Of a stretch of 64,000 bases of DNA, positions 45,690 to 55,500 are shown piece after piece. The translations under genes were made by a program, and so were the position numbers. Positions within the stretch are counted from its first letter, which is position 1. Each line of letters opens with the position of its first letter. The stretch spans positions 1,173 to 65,172 of the forward strand of contig JAGUYW010000034.1 of NCBI GenBank assembly GCA_020061105.1, written 5' to 3'. Below the pieces are notes generated by a model. The model searched no databases, was not told the DNA's origin, and saw nothing but the letters and a program-made list of their open reading frames with translations. The DNA comes from Anaerolineales bacterium (GTDB lineage: Bacteria; Chloroflexota; Anaerolineae; Anaerolineales; UBA4823).

Positions 45690-46469
45690 ATGGATCAAAA
45701 AAATATGCCTGTTTTTCCTGAGCGACAGGATTCTGGAAGCGCTTTCCCCATTCCAACCCATATTGCCATTATTATGGATGGCAATGGACGTTGGGCGTTA
45801 TCACGCGGGTTGCCGCGCCTGGCCGGCCACCGCGCCGGCACAGAAAACCTGCGCCGCATCATCGAAGCCTGCATCGAGTTTGGCATCCGATACCTGACGA
45901 TTTACGCCTTCTCGACCGAGAACTGGGGGCGACCGAAGGAAGAAGTCGAAGGTTTGATGGAAATCTTCGAGGATGTCATCGATCACGAATTGCAAGAATT
46001 GCAAGACCAGGGCGTTCAACTGCGCCACATTGGACGCCTGGATCGTCTCGACCCGGTCTTCCGCAATAAAGTATTGCACGCCTTGCAATACACCAGCGAC
46101 AATTCACGCCTGGTGCTGAACGTGGCGTTCAACTACGGCGGGCGAGACGAAATTGTCAACGCCATCCAACGCATCATCCAGGATAAGATCGACCCTCAAG
46201 AAATCACCGCCGAACTGGTCAACCGCTATCTGTTCACGGCTGGCGTGCCCGACCCTGACCTGATCATTCGCACTTCGGGAGAATTGCGTGGCAGCAACTT
46301 TTTGATCTGGCAGGGCGCCTATTCCGAATGGTACTTCCCCCCCGTCTACTGGCCTGATTTCGACAAGGAGCAACTGCGCCTGGCGCTGGAAGAATATGGA
46401 CATCGCGAACGGCGTTATGGGCGCGTTGACCAGCCGCGTGAAGAACAGGTAGACGGTCATGCTCACTAA
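45690..46469 (+). CDS. uppS: undecaprenyl (isoprenyl) diphosphate synthase
   Basis: 259 aa. Shows HIAIIMDGNGRWA, FSTENWGRP and RTSGELRGSNFLIWQ. Confidence 0.93.
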   Translation: MDQKNMPVFPERQDSGSAFPIPTHIAIIMDGNGRWALSRGLPRLAGHRAGTENLRRIIEACIEFGIRYLTIYAFSTENWGRPKEEVEGLMEIFEDVIDHELQELQDQGVQLRHIGRLDRLDPVFRNKVLHALQYTSDNSRLVLNVAFNYGGRDEIVNAIQRIIQDKIDPQEITAELVNRYLFTAGVPDPDLIIRTSGELRGSNFLIWQGAYSEWYFPPVYWPDFDKEQLRLALEEYGHRERRYGRVDQPREEQVDGHAH

Positions 46470-47277
46470 ACGTACCATCGTTTCTCTCATCCTACTGCCC
46501 ATCGGGTTGATCATCATCCACCTTGGGGATTGGCCTTACGCGCTGTTGATCACCCTGATTCTGGCGTTGGCGGCCCGAGAATACGTAAAATTGTTCAAGG
46601 CGGCCGCCTGGCAGCCCTCCGAAATCCTGACGGTCGGAGGGGTTGTGCTGCTGGCCTTGTCACGATTATTGACTGGTTTTGCGGCTGCAGATTGGATCAT
46701 TGCCTTACTGCTTTTATTGAGCATGGGCTACCACCTGTTCTCCTATGAGCGCGGCCGCGACCAGGCTGCCAGCGATTTCGCCGTGACAGTAGCCGGTATT
46801 TTCTATATCGGCTGGTTGGGCAGCTACATGATCTCTCTGCGCCAGATACCTGATGGCGAATGGTGGCTGCTGACGGTTTTGGTGGCGGTCTGGCTGGCCG
46901 ACTCAGCCGCCTATCTGTATGGGTCGCGCTTTGGCAAACACAAACTTAGCCCACGCTTGAGCCCCAAGAAAACCTGGGAAGGTTATATCGCCGGCGTGGT
47001 TGCTTCCACCTTGATCACACCGCTCTTCGCAGCTTTATGGCGCATCGGGGCCGGCCCAGACAGCAACATCACGATGCTGAACGGGTTGATCATCGGCCTG
47101 GTGATCAGTATCCTGACCACCCTAGGCGACCTGGGTGAGAGCATGATCAAACGCCAGGTGGGCGCCAAAGATTCCAGCCAACTGATCCCCGGTCATGGAG
47201 GCGTGCTCGACCGCATCGACTCGTGGATCTGGGCTGCCAGCATCGGTTATTACATGGTTATGTGGCTGTTCGTATAA
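46459..47277 (+). CDS. cdsA: phosphatidate cytidylyltransferase
   Basis: 272 aa and polytopic. Shows SPKKTWEG and the C-terminal signature GDLGESMIKRQVGAKDSSQLIPGHGGVLDRID. Confidence 0.88.
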   Translation: MLTKRTIVSLILLPIGLIIIHLGDWPYALLITLILALAAREYVKLFKAAAWQPSEILTVGGVVLLALSRLLTGFAAADWIIALLLLLSMGYHLFSYERGRDQAASDFAVTVAGIFYIGWLGSYMISLRQIPDGEWWLLTVLVAVWLADSAAYLYGSRFGKHKLSPRLSPKKTWEGYIAGVVASTLITPLFAALWRIGAGPDSNITMLNGLIIGLVISILTTLGDLGESMIKRQVGAKDSSQLIPGHGGVLDRIDSWIWAASIGYYMVMWLFV

Positions 47278-47350
47278 ATTGCTCGGGGGCGACGCACCAG
47301 GGCACGACGCGTTACAACTCCTATACGAAATGATCATTGATCAAAAATGA

Positions 47351-47378
47351 ATGCAGGGCGCTCCCCTGCATTTTATAT
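47351..47378 (+). terminator. intrinsic terminator after cdsA
   Basis: ATGCAGGG / CCCTGCAT forms an 8-bp stem with loop CGCTC, followed by TTTATATT. Confidence 0.6.
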
Positions 47379-47400
47379 TAACCTATTTATCTCCAATTAA

Positions 47401-47429
47401 TTGACATCTGGGAATACTCGTGGTATGAT
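47401..47429 (+). promoter_or_regulatory. sigma70-type promoter TTGACA-N17-TATGAT (metK)
   Basis: TTGACA at 47401-47406, a 17-nt spacer ending in TGG, and TATGAT at 47424-47429. Confidence 0.6.
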
Positions 47430-47462
47430 CACGTTTACAAATTAATATGCCCCTACAAGGCA

Positions 47463-47596
47463 CTCTTATCCAGAGAGGCGGAGGGACCGGCCCGATGAAG
47501 CCTCGGCAACCTCAAAAGCCTGCCACAGCAAGAACCGGCTAGTGCGGCTTTAGAACGGTGCCAATTCCGGCAGACGGATGTTCTGGTAGATGAGAG
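47463..47596 (+). promoter_or_regulatory. SAM-I (S-box) riboswitch aptamer
   Basis: CTCTTATCCAGAGAGGCGGAGGGACCGGCCCGATGAAGCCTCGGCAACC...GGTGCCAATTCCGGCAGACGG...GATGAGAG. The P1 arms are CTCTTATC / GATGAGAG. It matches the S-box core consensus, with a long P3 insertion. Confidence 0.9.
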
Positions 47597-47618
47597 GGCG
47601 ACTGTCTTTAGTATTGCG

Positions 47619-47659
47619 TTTTGCCCTTTCTCAATCGCTAGAAGGGGCAAAATCTTTTT
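47619..47659 (+). terminator. riboswitch expression-platform terminator
   Basis: TTTTGCCCTTT (47619-47629) / AAGGGGCAAAA (47642-47652), followed by TCTTTTT. The metK SD GGAGG lies at 47664-47668. Confidence 0.8.
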
Positions 47660-47676
47660 AGACGGAGGACAAAACC

Positions 47677-48909
47677 TTGAGTACAACTTTTATGAATTCC
47701 CCCAGCCTGATGTTCACTTCTGAATCAGTGACCGAAGGCCATCCCGATAAATTGTGCGACCAGATCAGCGACGCCGTGTTGGACGCCTGTCTCGAACAGG
47801 ACCCCGCCTCGCGAGTAGCCTGCGAAGCAGCCGCCAAGACGGGCTTTGTGTTGGTGCTGGGAGAAATCACCACCAAGGCGCAAATCAACTTCGATGACCT
47901 GGTGCGAGATACGCTGGTACGCACCGGCTACGACTCGAGCGAAAAAGGCATGGACGGCAGCACCTGCGGGGTGTTGGTAGCGCTGGCAAAACAGTCTGGC
48001 GATATTGCTATGGGCGTTAACAAAGCCCTGGAAGCCAAAAATGGCAATATGACCGAGGCGGAAGTCGAGGCGATTGGCGCCGGAGACCAGGGCATGATGT
48101 TCGGTTTCGCCTGCGATGAAACCCCCACCCTGATGCCGATGCCGATCTATCTGGCTCATAAGCTGGCCCGGCGTTTGAGCGAAGTGCGCAAAGACGGAAC
48201 CTTGCCGTGGTTGCGCCCAGACGGTAAGACCCAGGTCACGGTTGAATACCGCTTTGGAAGACCTCACCGGGTCGACACAGTTCTGATCAGCACCCAGCAC
48301 GCCCCAGAGATCGGCCAGGAGCACATTCGCGAGGCCTTGATCGAGCATGTGATCAACCCGATCTTGCCAGCTGAGATGGTGGATGACAAGATCAAAATCT
48401 ACACCAACCCCACCGGGCGTTTTGTAATCGGCGGCCCACAGGGCGACGCCGGCCTGACCGGGCGCAAGATCATCGTCGATACCTACGGCGGCATGGGCCG
48501 GCATGGCGGAGGCGCTTTTAGCGGTAAAGACCCGACAAAAGTAGACCGCTCCGCTGCCTACGCCGCTCGCTGGGCTGCCAAGAATGTTGTCGCGGCTGGT
48601 CTGGCGCGGCGCTGTGAAATCCAGGTTGCTTACGCCATCGGCGTGGCGCGCCCGTTGAGCGTCAATGTCGAGACTTTCGGCACCGGCGAAATCCCCGACG
48701 AGGAAATTGCCCAGCTGGTGCAGGAGACTTTCGATCTGCGACCGGGCGCCATTATCCGCGACCTCGACCTGCGCCGCCCGATCTACCGCCAGATTGCTGC
48801 CTACGGCCACTTCGGGCGGGACGATCTAGACCTGCCTTGGGAGCGCACCAACAAAGCCGACCTGCTGCGGCGCAAAGCGGGCCTTTCTCAACCCGTTGCT
48901 GCTGACTGA
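47677..48909 (+). CDS. metK: S-adenosylmethionine synthetase
   Basis: 410 aa with a TTG start. Shows [44 protein letters not shown]. Confidence 0.95.
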   Translation: MSTTFMNSPSLMFTSESVTEGHPDKLCDQISDAVLDACLEQDPASRVACEAAAKTGFVLVLGEITTKAQINFDDLVRDTLVRTGYDSSEKGMDGSTCGVLVALAKQSGDIAMGVNKALEAKNGNMTEAEVEAIGAGDQGMMFGFACDETPTLMPMPIYLAHKLARRLSEVRKDGTLPWLRPDGKTQVTVEYRFGRPHRVDTVLISTQHAPEIGQEHIREALIEHVINPILPAEMVDDKIKIYTNPTGRFVIGGPQGDAGLTGRKIIVDTYGGMGRHGGGAFSGKDPTKVDRSAAYAARWAAKNVVAAGLARRCEIQVAYAIGVARPLSVNVETFGTGEIPDEEIAQLVQETFDLRPGAIIRDLDLRRPIYRQIAAYGHFGRDDLDLPWERTNKADLLRRKAGLSQPVAAD

Positions 48910-48932
48910 GTTGCGAAATTTTTTTAGAGCAA

Positions 48933-48968
48933 AAGGCGCAGCTTGCAAAATTATGCAGGCTGCGCCTT
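48933..48968. terminator. hairpin between the convergent metK and cbiO genes
   Basis: AAGGCGCAGC / GCTGCGCCTT forms a 10-bp stem, flanked by AAA on one side and ATTGATT on the other. Confidence 0.55.
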
Positions 48969-48995
48969 ATTGATTCGCTTGTGTGACCTTAATCT

Positions 48996-49721
48996 CTATG
49001 GTTTTTCTAACCCGTGGGCGTTGAGCAGCGCTTCGTCTTTCATAATTACCTCAGTCTGCCCGTCCGCCACGATGCGCCCATCATCCATAATCACCATCCG
49101 CTCGAACAATTCCCGCACCATCAACATATCGTGCGTCGACACCAACATGGTGATTGGGAGATCGCGCAGCAAATTGATCAACGAGCGTCGGGCACGCGGA
49201 TCCATCCCTGCGGTCGGCTCATCCAGCACCAACACCTCCGGCTTCATCGAGAGCACTGTCGCAATGGCGATGCGCTTCTTCTCGCCTACGCTGAGGTGGT
49301 GCGAAACGCGCCTGGAGTAATCTGCCATGCGCACTGTCTCCAACGCTTCGCTCACCCGGTTTTGCACCTCATCCGGCGGAAGCCCCTGGTAGAGTGGGCC
49401 ATAAGCCACATCTTCATACACGGTCGGTGAGAACAACTGGTCGTCTGGGTTCTGAAACACCAGCCCGACGCGCGCCCGCACCTTGCCCAGGTTGGACTTG
49501 ATGACCGGCAACCCCGCCACGCAGATCAACCCCTTGCCGATCAGGATGCCGTTGAGATGCAAAATCAAGGTCGATTTTCCCGCCCCGTTTGGCCCCACCA
49601 GGGCAACCTTCTCGCAGGGCTCGATATGCAGCGATACCCCCTGCAGCGCCTTTCGCCCATCTGGGTAAGCAAAATACAGATCGTCAACTTCTATCGAATG
49701 ATGCATAAATACTCTCAGCAC
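48996..49721 (-). CDS. cbiO: ECF/CbiO-type cobalt/nickel transporter ATP-binding protein
   Basis: 241 aa. Shows Walker A GPNGAGKST, the signature LSVGEKKR, LVLDEPTAGMD, and STHD. Confidence 0.88.
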   Translation of the reverse strand: MLRVFMHHSIEVDDLYFAYPDGRKALQGVSLHIEPCEKVALVGPNGAGKSTLILHLNGILIGKGLICVAGLPVIKSNLGKVRARVGLVFQNPDDQLFSPTVYEDVAYGPLYQGLPPDEVQNRVSEALETVRMADYSRRVSHHLSVGEKKRIAIATVLSMKPEVLVLDEPTAGMDPRARRSLINLLRDLPITMLVSTHDMLMVRELFERMVIMDDGRIVADGQTEVIMKDEALLNAHGLEKP

Positions 49722-49751
49722 AAACCAGAATGCCTGGTTAATCCCTATCGA

Positions 49752-50552
49752 TTACAACCAGTAAGCCAGGCCCAGCAGGATTGCCAACACTGCCAGACCA
49801 GACCCAAGCGCCAACCAGCTACCGGCGTGTAAGGGCGGCAGAGGCGCAACGCGCACTTCGCCGTCATAGCCGCGCGCCACCATCGCCATATAAATGCGGT
49901 CGCTGCGCTCGAAACCGCGCAAGAACAGGTTACCCGCCATCCCTCCGGCAATGCGCGCCCGCCAGGTTACGCTGCCGCCGTTCTTCAGTCCGGGTTGGTC
50001 GGCTTGGCCGCTGCGCGCCGCCCGCGCCCGCAATAAACGCAGGGCTTCATCTGCCAGCACAAACAGGTAGCGCCACATCAAGCCAAAGATCGCCACCAAC
50101 AAGCGCGGCACGCCAACAGCTCGCATTGCCATCATCAAATCGGGAAAGGGCGTGCTGCTTGCCAGCACAATCGCCGCTTGAACGGAGATCCATGATTTCA
50201 AGGCCACGCTGATAAAACGCTCCAGCCCGCTTTGCGAAACCGTCAAGGTCCAATCGCCAATTGAAAAGCTGGTCAACGCCGGTCCCGGCAGCGTGAAGAT
50301 AACCGGCAAAGCCGCCAACACGAAAGGAAAGGCCAGCGCCGCTCGCCCTAAAACAAAGCCAATTCCCAGCTCGGAAAGCAGCGTCGCCGCCAGGATGGTC
50401 GCAAACAACAGGATATATACCGGCCAGGCCGCATGAGGCGTCAGAGCCGTGGTTAAGATGAAGGCAATCGTCAACACGAATTTGACGCGTGCATCCAGGC
50501 TGTGAACCAGGCTGATGCGATGATGGTACGGGTCAAGAAAATGAATGTGCAC
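49752..50552 (-). CDS. cbiQ: CbiQ-type transmembrane (T) component
   Basis: 266 aa and polytopic, with an ARAARS-type Arg-rich cytoplasmic loop and RGYDG near the C-terminus. It sits between the CbiM-like and CbiO-like genes. Confidence 0.8.
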   Translation of the reverse strand: MHIHFLDPYHHRISLVHSLDARVKFVLTIAFILTTALTPHAAWPVYILLFATILAATLLSELGIGFVLGRAALAFPFVLAALPVIFTLPGPALTSFSIGDWTLTVSQSGLERFISVALKSWISVQAAIVLASSTPFPDLMMAMRAVGVPRLLVAIFGLMWRYLFVLADEALRLLRARAARSGQADQPGLKNGGSVTWRARIAGGMAGNLFLRGFERSDRIYMAMVARGYDGEVRVAPLPPLHAGSWLALGSGLAVLAILLGLAYWL

Positions 50553-50559
50553 GCTGCGC

Positions 50560-51510
50560 TCAGGCTGTCAGGCGCTTTTTGCGGCTGTAAGCGACACCAG
50601 CCGCCACGCCAAACACAATGACGACGCCGATAATGCCGGCGATAATGGTGGCCACCGCCTCATTCGACACCCCGGGAAATACATAATCCGGGATAATCTC
50701 ATACAAAGGCCCCTGAGCGGCGTCCAGAAAGCCCTTCTCCTCCGCCACCCATTCCAGGCCATCCGGGTTAGACGAGGCCAGCGGCGAAGCAATCGCCAGG
50801 GCAATCGCAATCGCCAGGCCAGCGAACCAAACTATCGCCCCACCGGTTTGCTGCTTTTCACCGGCTTCGATCAGGTCGCGCCGGGAAGCGTAGATAAAGA
50901 CCAGCGCGCCGACCGTGATCAGCCCTTCGCCAACCCCAATCAGAGCGTGGATGCCAGCCATGGCCGGGATGGCGATGTTGGCGGGAGAAATTCCGGACAA
51001 GGCCAACTGCAACCCCACCGCCAGGGCAGCGATGAAAATCGAAAGCCAGGCCGCCGAAAAGCCGCCCACATACAGGCCCCATTTTTGCCCGCCAGCGACT
51101 TTTTGAACGGCGCGATAAACCGTGTAAGAAACCAGGACGCCGATCACTCCCATGTTGAAGATATTGCCGCCCAAAGCCAGCAAACCACCATCTTGAAACA
51201 CCAGCGCCTGGACGCCTACCACTGTGGTCATGACCAGGATAGCCGCCCATGGCCCCAGCAGGATTGTGGCAAGCGCCGCGCCCATCAGGTGGCCAGAGGT
51301 GCCGCCGGCGACGGTGAAATTCAACATCTGCCCGGCAAAGATGGCCGCCGCCAACACACCCATCATCGGCACGCGCCGCTCATCCAGGTCGGCGCTGACC
51401 CGGCGCAGTGAAATTGCCACGGCAATGACAGTCAAAACCCACAAAACAACCGAGACCGCGACAGAGAGAAAACCATCGGGAATATGCATGGGAAGGGGAG
51501 CGTATAACAT
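50560..51510 (-). CDS. CbiM/NikM substrate-capture component with fused C-terminal PDGLE (CbiN/NikN-like) segment
   Basis: 316 aa counted from ATG 51510 (SD CAGGAGG). The N-terminus is MLYAPLPMHIPDGFLS, it has 6-7 TM helices, and the C-terminal part contains SNPDGLEW. Metal specificity (Co versus Ni) cannot be decided from the sequence. Confidence 0.85.
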   Translation of the reverse strand: MLYAPLPMHIPDGFLSVAVSVVLWVLTVIAVAISLRRVSADLDERRVPMMGVLAAAIFAGQMLNFTVAGGTSGHLMGAALATILLGPWAAILVMTTVVGVQALVFQDGGLLALGGNIFNMGVIGVLVSYTVYRAVQKVAGGQKWGLYVGGFSAAWLSIFIAALAVGLQLALSGISPANIAIPAMAGIHALIGVGEGLITVGALVFIYASRRDLIEAGEKQQTGGAIVWFAGLAIAIALAIASPLASSNPDGLEWVAEEKGFLDAAQGPLYEIIPDYVFPGVSNEAVATIIAGIIGVVIVFGVAAGVAYSRKKRLTA

Positions 51511-51530
51511 TTGAGCCTCCTGAAAGAAAT

Positions 51531-51962
51531 TTACTGATGATCCTGGCAACCAGGGCAAAGCCCAAAAAATGTGACATGCATGCCATCGATCTGGTATCCT
51601 GTTTTGTGTTGAAATTGAGAAAAAAGCGCTTCGAGCAAATCATGCGGGATTTCATGGGTTGCGCCGCACTTGCGACAAACCAGGTGGTGGTGGTCGCGCT
51701 CACCGGTTTCATAAACTAACTGCCCGCTGCCCACATGCGCCGCCAAAGCCAGCCTTTGCTCATGTAGAAAATTCAAAGTCCGGTAGACAGTTGGCTCGGT
51801 CAGACCTGGCAGCATCTCCTGCGCTCGTTCACAAATTTCGATCGGGGTCAAGTGCCCATGCGCTTCGTGCAAAACGCGCAAGACCACCATGCGCTGGGGA
51901 GTCAAGCGAAAACCACGCAAGCGTAATTCTTTCATACAAGTTTCGAGCAAGTTAGCGGTCAT
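51531..51962 (-). CDS. Fur-family metalloregulator
   Basis: 143 aa. Shows the winged-helix N-terminus (LTPQRMVVLRVL), HHHLVCRKCG, and C-terminal CPGC. Its stop lies 20 nt upstream of the cbiM start. Confidence 0.88.
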   Translation of the reverse strand: MTANLLETCMKELRLRGFRLTPQRMVVLRVLHEAHGHLTPIEICERAQEMLPGLTEPTVYRTLNFLHEQRLALAAHVGSGQLVYETGERDHHHLVCRKCGATHEIPHDLLEALFSQFQHKTGYQIDGMHVTFFGLCPGCQDHQ

Positions 51963-52007
51963 ATTGGGCTTCGTCCTGGTCTGCTACGGATACTGGCTTT
52001 TGGAATT

Positions 52008-52039
52008 AAATACTATTGCAAGTAGTTACAATAGTATTT
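52008..52039. promoter_or_regulatory. 11-bp perfect inverted repeat (candidate Fur-family operator) upstream of fur-cbiMNQO
   Basis: AAATACTATTG (52008-52018), 10 nt, then CAATAGTATTT (52029-52039). It is AT-rich and lies 46-77 nt upstream of the fur ATG. Confidence 0.45.
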
Positions 52040-52095
52040 TATCACAATTAATTCGCTTCTTTTTTGCCCGATTGTTTCCCTGTCGCTGCCCCCGG

Positions 52096-52123
52096 AAAAC
52101 AAAAAGCGGGCTTTGCAGCCCGC
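52096..52123 (-). terminator. intrinsic terminator after trxA
   Basis: Reverse strand: GCGGGC TGCAAA GCCCGC followed by TTTTTGTTTT. Confidence 0.7.
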
Positions 52124-52143
52124 CAAAATCAATCGCTAAAGTT

Positions 52144-52470
52144 TCAATTCAAATGCGGCAGGAATTTCTTCTCGAGGCGATCTTTGGGTTGGTAACCGGT
52201 CACCCGCTCGACAGGTTGCCCGCCTTTAAACAACATCAATGTCGGCACGCCCATGATCTGGTAATCCATTGCCAGGTTGGGGCTGTCATCGACATCCAAC
52301 TTAACCACCTTTATCTTGCCCTGCCAGGATTGCGCCAGCTGCTGCAGGATCGGATCGAGCATCTTGCAGGGGCCACACCATACCGCTGTAAAATCTACCA
52401 GCACAGGCAGTGAACTCTCCAGCACCTCCAACTGAAACGTCGCTTCGCTCAATTTTGGAATATCCGTCAT
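52144..52470 (-). CDS. trxA: thioredoxin
   Basis: 108 aa counted from ATG 52470 (SD GAGGAGGAG). Shows the active site WCGPCK and GVPTLMLFKGG. The ORF-track start at 52626 overlaps the upstream kinase and is rejected. Confidence 0.92.
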   Translation of the reverse strand: MTDIPKLSEATFQLEVLESSLPVLVDFTAVWCGPCKMLDPILQQLAQSWQGKIKVVKLDVDDSPNLAMDYQIMGVPTLMLFKGGQPVERVTGYQPKDRLEKKFLPHLN

Positions 52471-52522
52471 TTCTCCTCCTCGCTCCTCTCTGTGTGAATG
52501 GTAACAAGCATATTCGAAAACG

Positions 52523-55500
52523 TCAAGGATGGGAGGGCGGGGTTGCAACTTTGGCGACTGTCTCCATGGTAGCTGCCAGCCAACTTTCGACCGATTCGAG
52601 CAGCGCCGTGTCGGGATTTGTTTCATTGGCTAACAAAGCCTGTTCTAACGCTTGAGCGGCCTGGCTAAGATCGACAGCCCCAATCACGCCAGCGGTGCTT
52701 TTTAGAGTGTGAGCCAGTCGTAATGCTGTTTTGTGGTCTGCCGTTTCGAGCGCGGCGCGGATTTTGCGCGCTGCATCGGCCTGATCGCTCTGGAACATGC
52801 GCAGCAATCGTTCGTACAAAGCCTGGTTGCCAAGCCGCCGAAGGGCTTGCTTCGTATCCAGAATAACAGATGGGGTGGGCGACTGGACGGCAAGCGATTG
52901 TTCGAAAGGCCTATCTGTGTGGGAATTCATAGCCGGGTTACCCAACCAGTGCATCAGAACCTGTGTGAGGCGATCGACATCAATGGGTTTCGAGATGTAA
53001 TCATCCAGCCCAGCTCGCAATGCTTTTTCGCGTTCACCCGCCAGGGCATGGGCAGTCATGGCTATGATAGGAAGTTTTCCGATAGCGAAACGGGGGTCTC
53101 GGCGAATCATGGCCGTCGTCTCATAACCATCCATAACGGGCATTTGGATATCCATCAGCACAGCATCGAAAGCCTGTTGGGTAATCATTTCAGTAGCTTC
53201 AATTCCATTGTTGGCTACTTGCACCTGTATACCCATCCTCGCTAGAAGCTCAACGGCAACCAGTTGGTTAATCTCATTATCTTCTACCAACAATACATGT
53301 TTGTCTTTCAGGTTTTCCAGGAGATGGCTGGCGTCTTGCAGTTGCGAGGGTTGCGCCTCGATCAGGTTCTGATCGGCAAACACAGGCGCGCCAGTGTCGC
53401 TCTTCTCAATCGCAAGCTGAAGCATTAAGTTGACAGTAAATGTGAAGATACTACCCTGCCTGGCAACGCTATGAACGATAATTTCCCCACCCATCATTTT
53501 CACCAGGCGTTGGCTGATGGTCAGCCCCAGACCGGTGCCGCCAAACTTACGGCTGGTGGAGCTATCGGCCTGCATGAAGGGTTGGAACAGCCTGGCAACC
53601 TGCTCGGCAGTCATTCCCATACCGGTATCCCGTACGGAAAATTCCAGCGTGGTCTCGCCAAGCGTGGATGCAACCTGTCGCACCTGCAATGAGATTTCGC
53701 CCTGCTCAGTGAACTTAATAGCATTGCTCAGCAGGTTGATCAGAATTTGTCCCAAACGAGCAGGGTCGCCTACCAGAAGGCGCGGGGTATCCGGGGATTT
53801 ATCGAAGTTGATTGAATTGCCTTTTTCCTGGGCGCGGTGCACAAACATGCCAGTCAATTTGTGCAGAATTTCATCAAGATTAAAACTGGCGATTTCCAGC
53901 TCCATCTTTCCGGCTTCAATCTTCGAGAAGTCTAAAATATCGTTGATTATCGCCAGCAAGGTTTCGCCAGAAATTTGGATGTTGGACAAATAAGCGCTTT
54001 GTTTTTCATCTAACTCGGTTTGCATAGCCAGATAAGTCAGGCCGAGGATGCCGTTCAACGGCGTACGGATTTCGTGGCTCATGACAGCCAGGAAATCGCT
54101 CTTCGCGCGGTTGGCGGCTTCTGCCTGTTCCTTAGCATCCACCAACTGGGCGGTGCGTTCTTCGACCAGGTCCTCCAGATGCTGCCGGTAACGAAGCAAC
54201 TCCTCTTCGGCTTGTTTACGCTCCTGGATGTTGCGAAAGTTTATCACCAGACCTTCCAGGTTGGGATCGGATAACAAATTGGTAAAAGTGCTCTCGATCC
54301 ACAGCCATGAGCCATCTTTACACTCAAAGCGATACTCCAGGCTGGGCGTGTGAGATGGGTTCTGAAGAACATCCATAATCACATCCAGCACGCGCGGTAA
54401 ATCTTCCGGGTGAGTCAATGTCCCTGGATTCGCTTCTGCAACATCCGGATAATCAGCCATCGAATAGCCGAGCATTCTCAATGCAGATGGGCTGATGTAT
54501 TTGAACTTATCTTCGAGGCTAATCAGTACGATGCCATCAGGCGCATTTTCGGTCAGAGCTTTGAAGTATCGTTCGGCTTGCCGGATTTTCTCGTCGGCCT
54601 GCTTTCGCTCGCTGATGTCACGGGTCTGAACAACAAAGCGGTTCTTTCCACCGATTACAGTGAACCGGATCGAAATTTCGGCCCAGAAATGACTGCCATC
54701 CTCGCGCTTTGCCAACCATTCAAAAGTCTGCGGCCCAACCTGGCGCGCCCTTCTCTGCCATTCCATGATTTCCGGCAGGGAATAAGGCGACTCACCCATG
54801 CTCAGACTGCCTGCAGCCAGGTTCAGAGCTTCCTGGCGAGTATAGCCATACATCTCACACATGCGCTGGTTGACATCCAGGATTTGTCCGGTATCGGCGT
54901 CATGCACGAAGATTGCATCACCGGCAGAATCAAGCACCGCCTGCAAATAGTCGCTGGCTTCTTCTAGAGCAGTTTGGGTGAGTTTTCGATCGCGAATTTC
55001 CTGTTGGGCAGACGAATACAGGCGCGCGTTGTGAATGGCTAAAGCCAAAAGGTTGGCAACGCTGCTTAAAACCTGGGCATCCTCTTCGTTATATATGCCA
55101 GGCTCATAGTGCTGCATCTGCACCACGCCCAGGACCTGCTCATTCACAAACATGGGGACAGTCAGGATAGAACGAGCAACCCGCTGGTCTGAAGTTTCAA
55201 TCACGATATAGGTTTTTAGTTTTTCCCGATCAAGGCTCAGATCATCGACAATATCGGCTTTCTTACTCAGGATGGCGCGGCTGTTGGGACCAGCTTGACC
55301 ATCCAGCGGAATTGCCGGCAAATTTCTAGCATCGACCGGTTGACCATCTGCCATGATGAACATCGGCGAAATGGTCTGTTGGCTTTCATCATACAAAATA
55401 ATTTCGAAATTGGAATTGGGGACGAAGTTTTGAATTTCCCGGTAAGCAATCTGGCAGATTTCTTCCAGATCGAGGCTGCCGCCCAGGCTCAATCCAAGCC

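Noticed and set aside
47725-48810. A 361-aa ORF on the - strand.
   Set aside because: It is antisense to metK, which has unmistakable MAT signatures and a riboswitch upstream. It is a shadow ORF.
50545-51411. A 288-aa ORF on the + strand.
   Set aside because: It is antisense to the CbiM-like gene. The low-complexity R/Q/D/H-rich sequence marks it as a shadow ORF.
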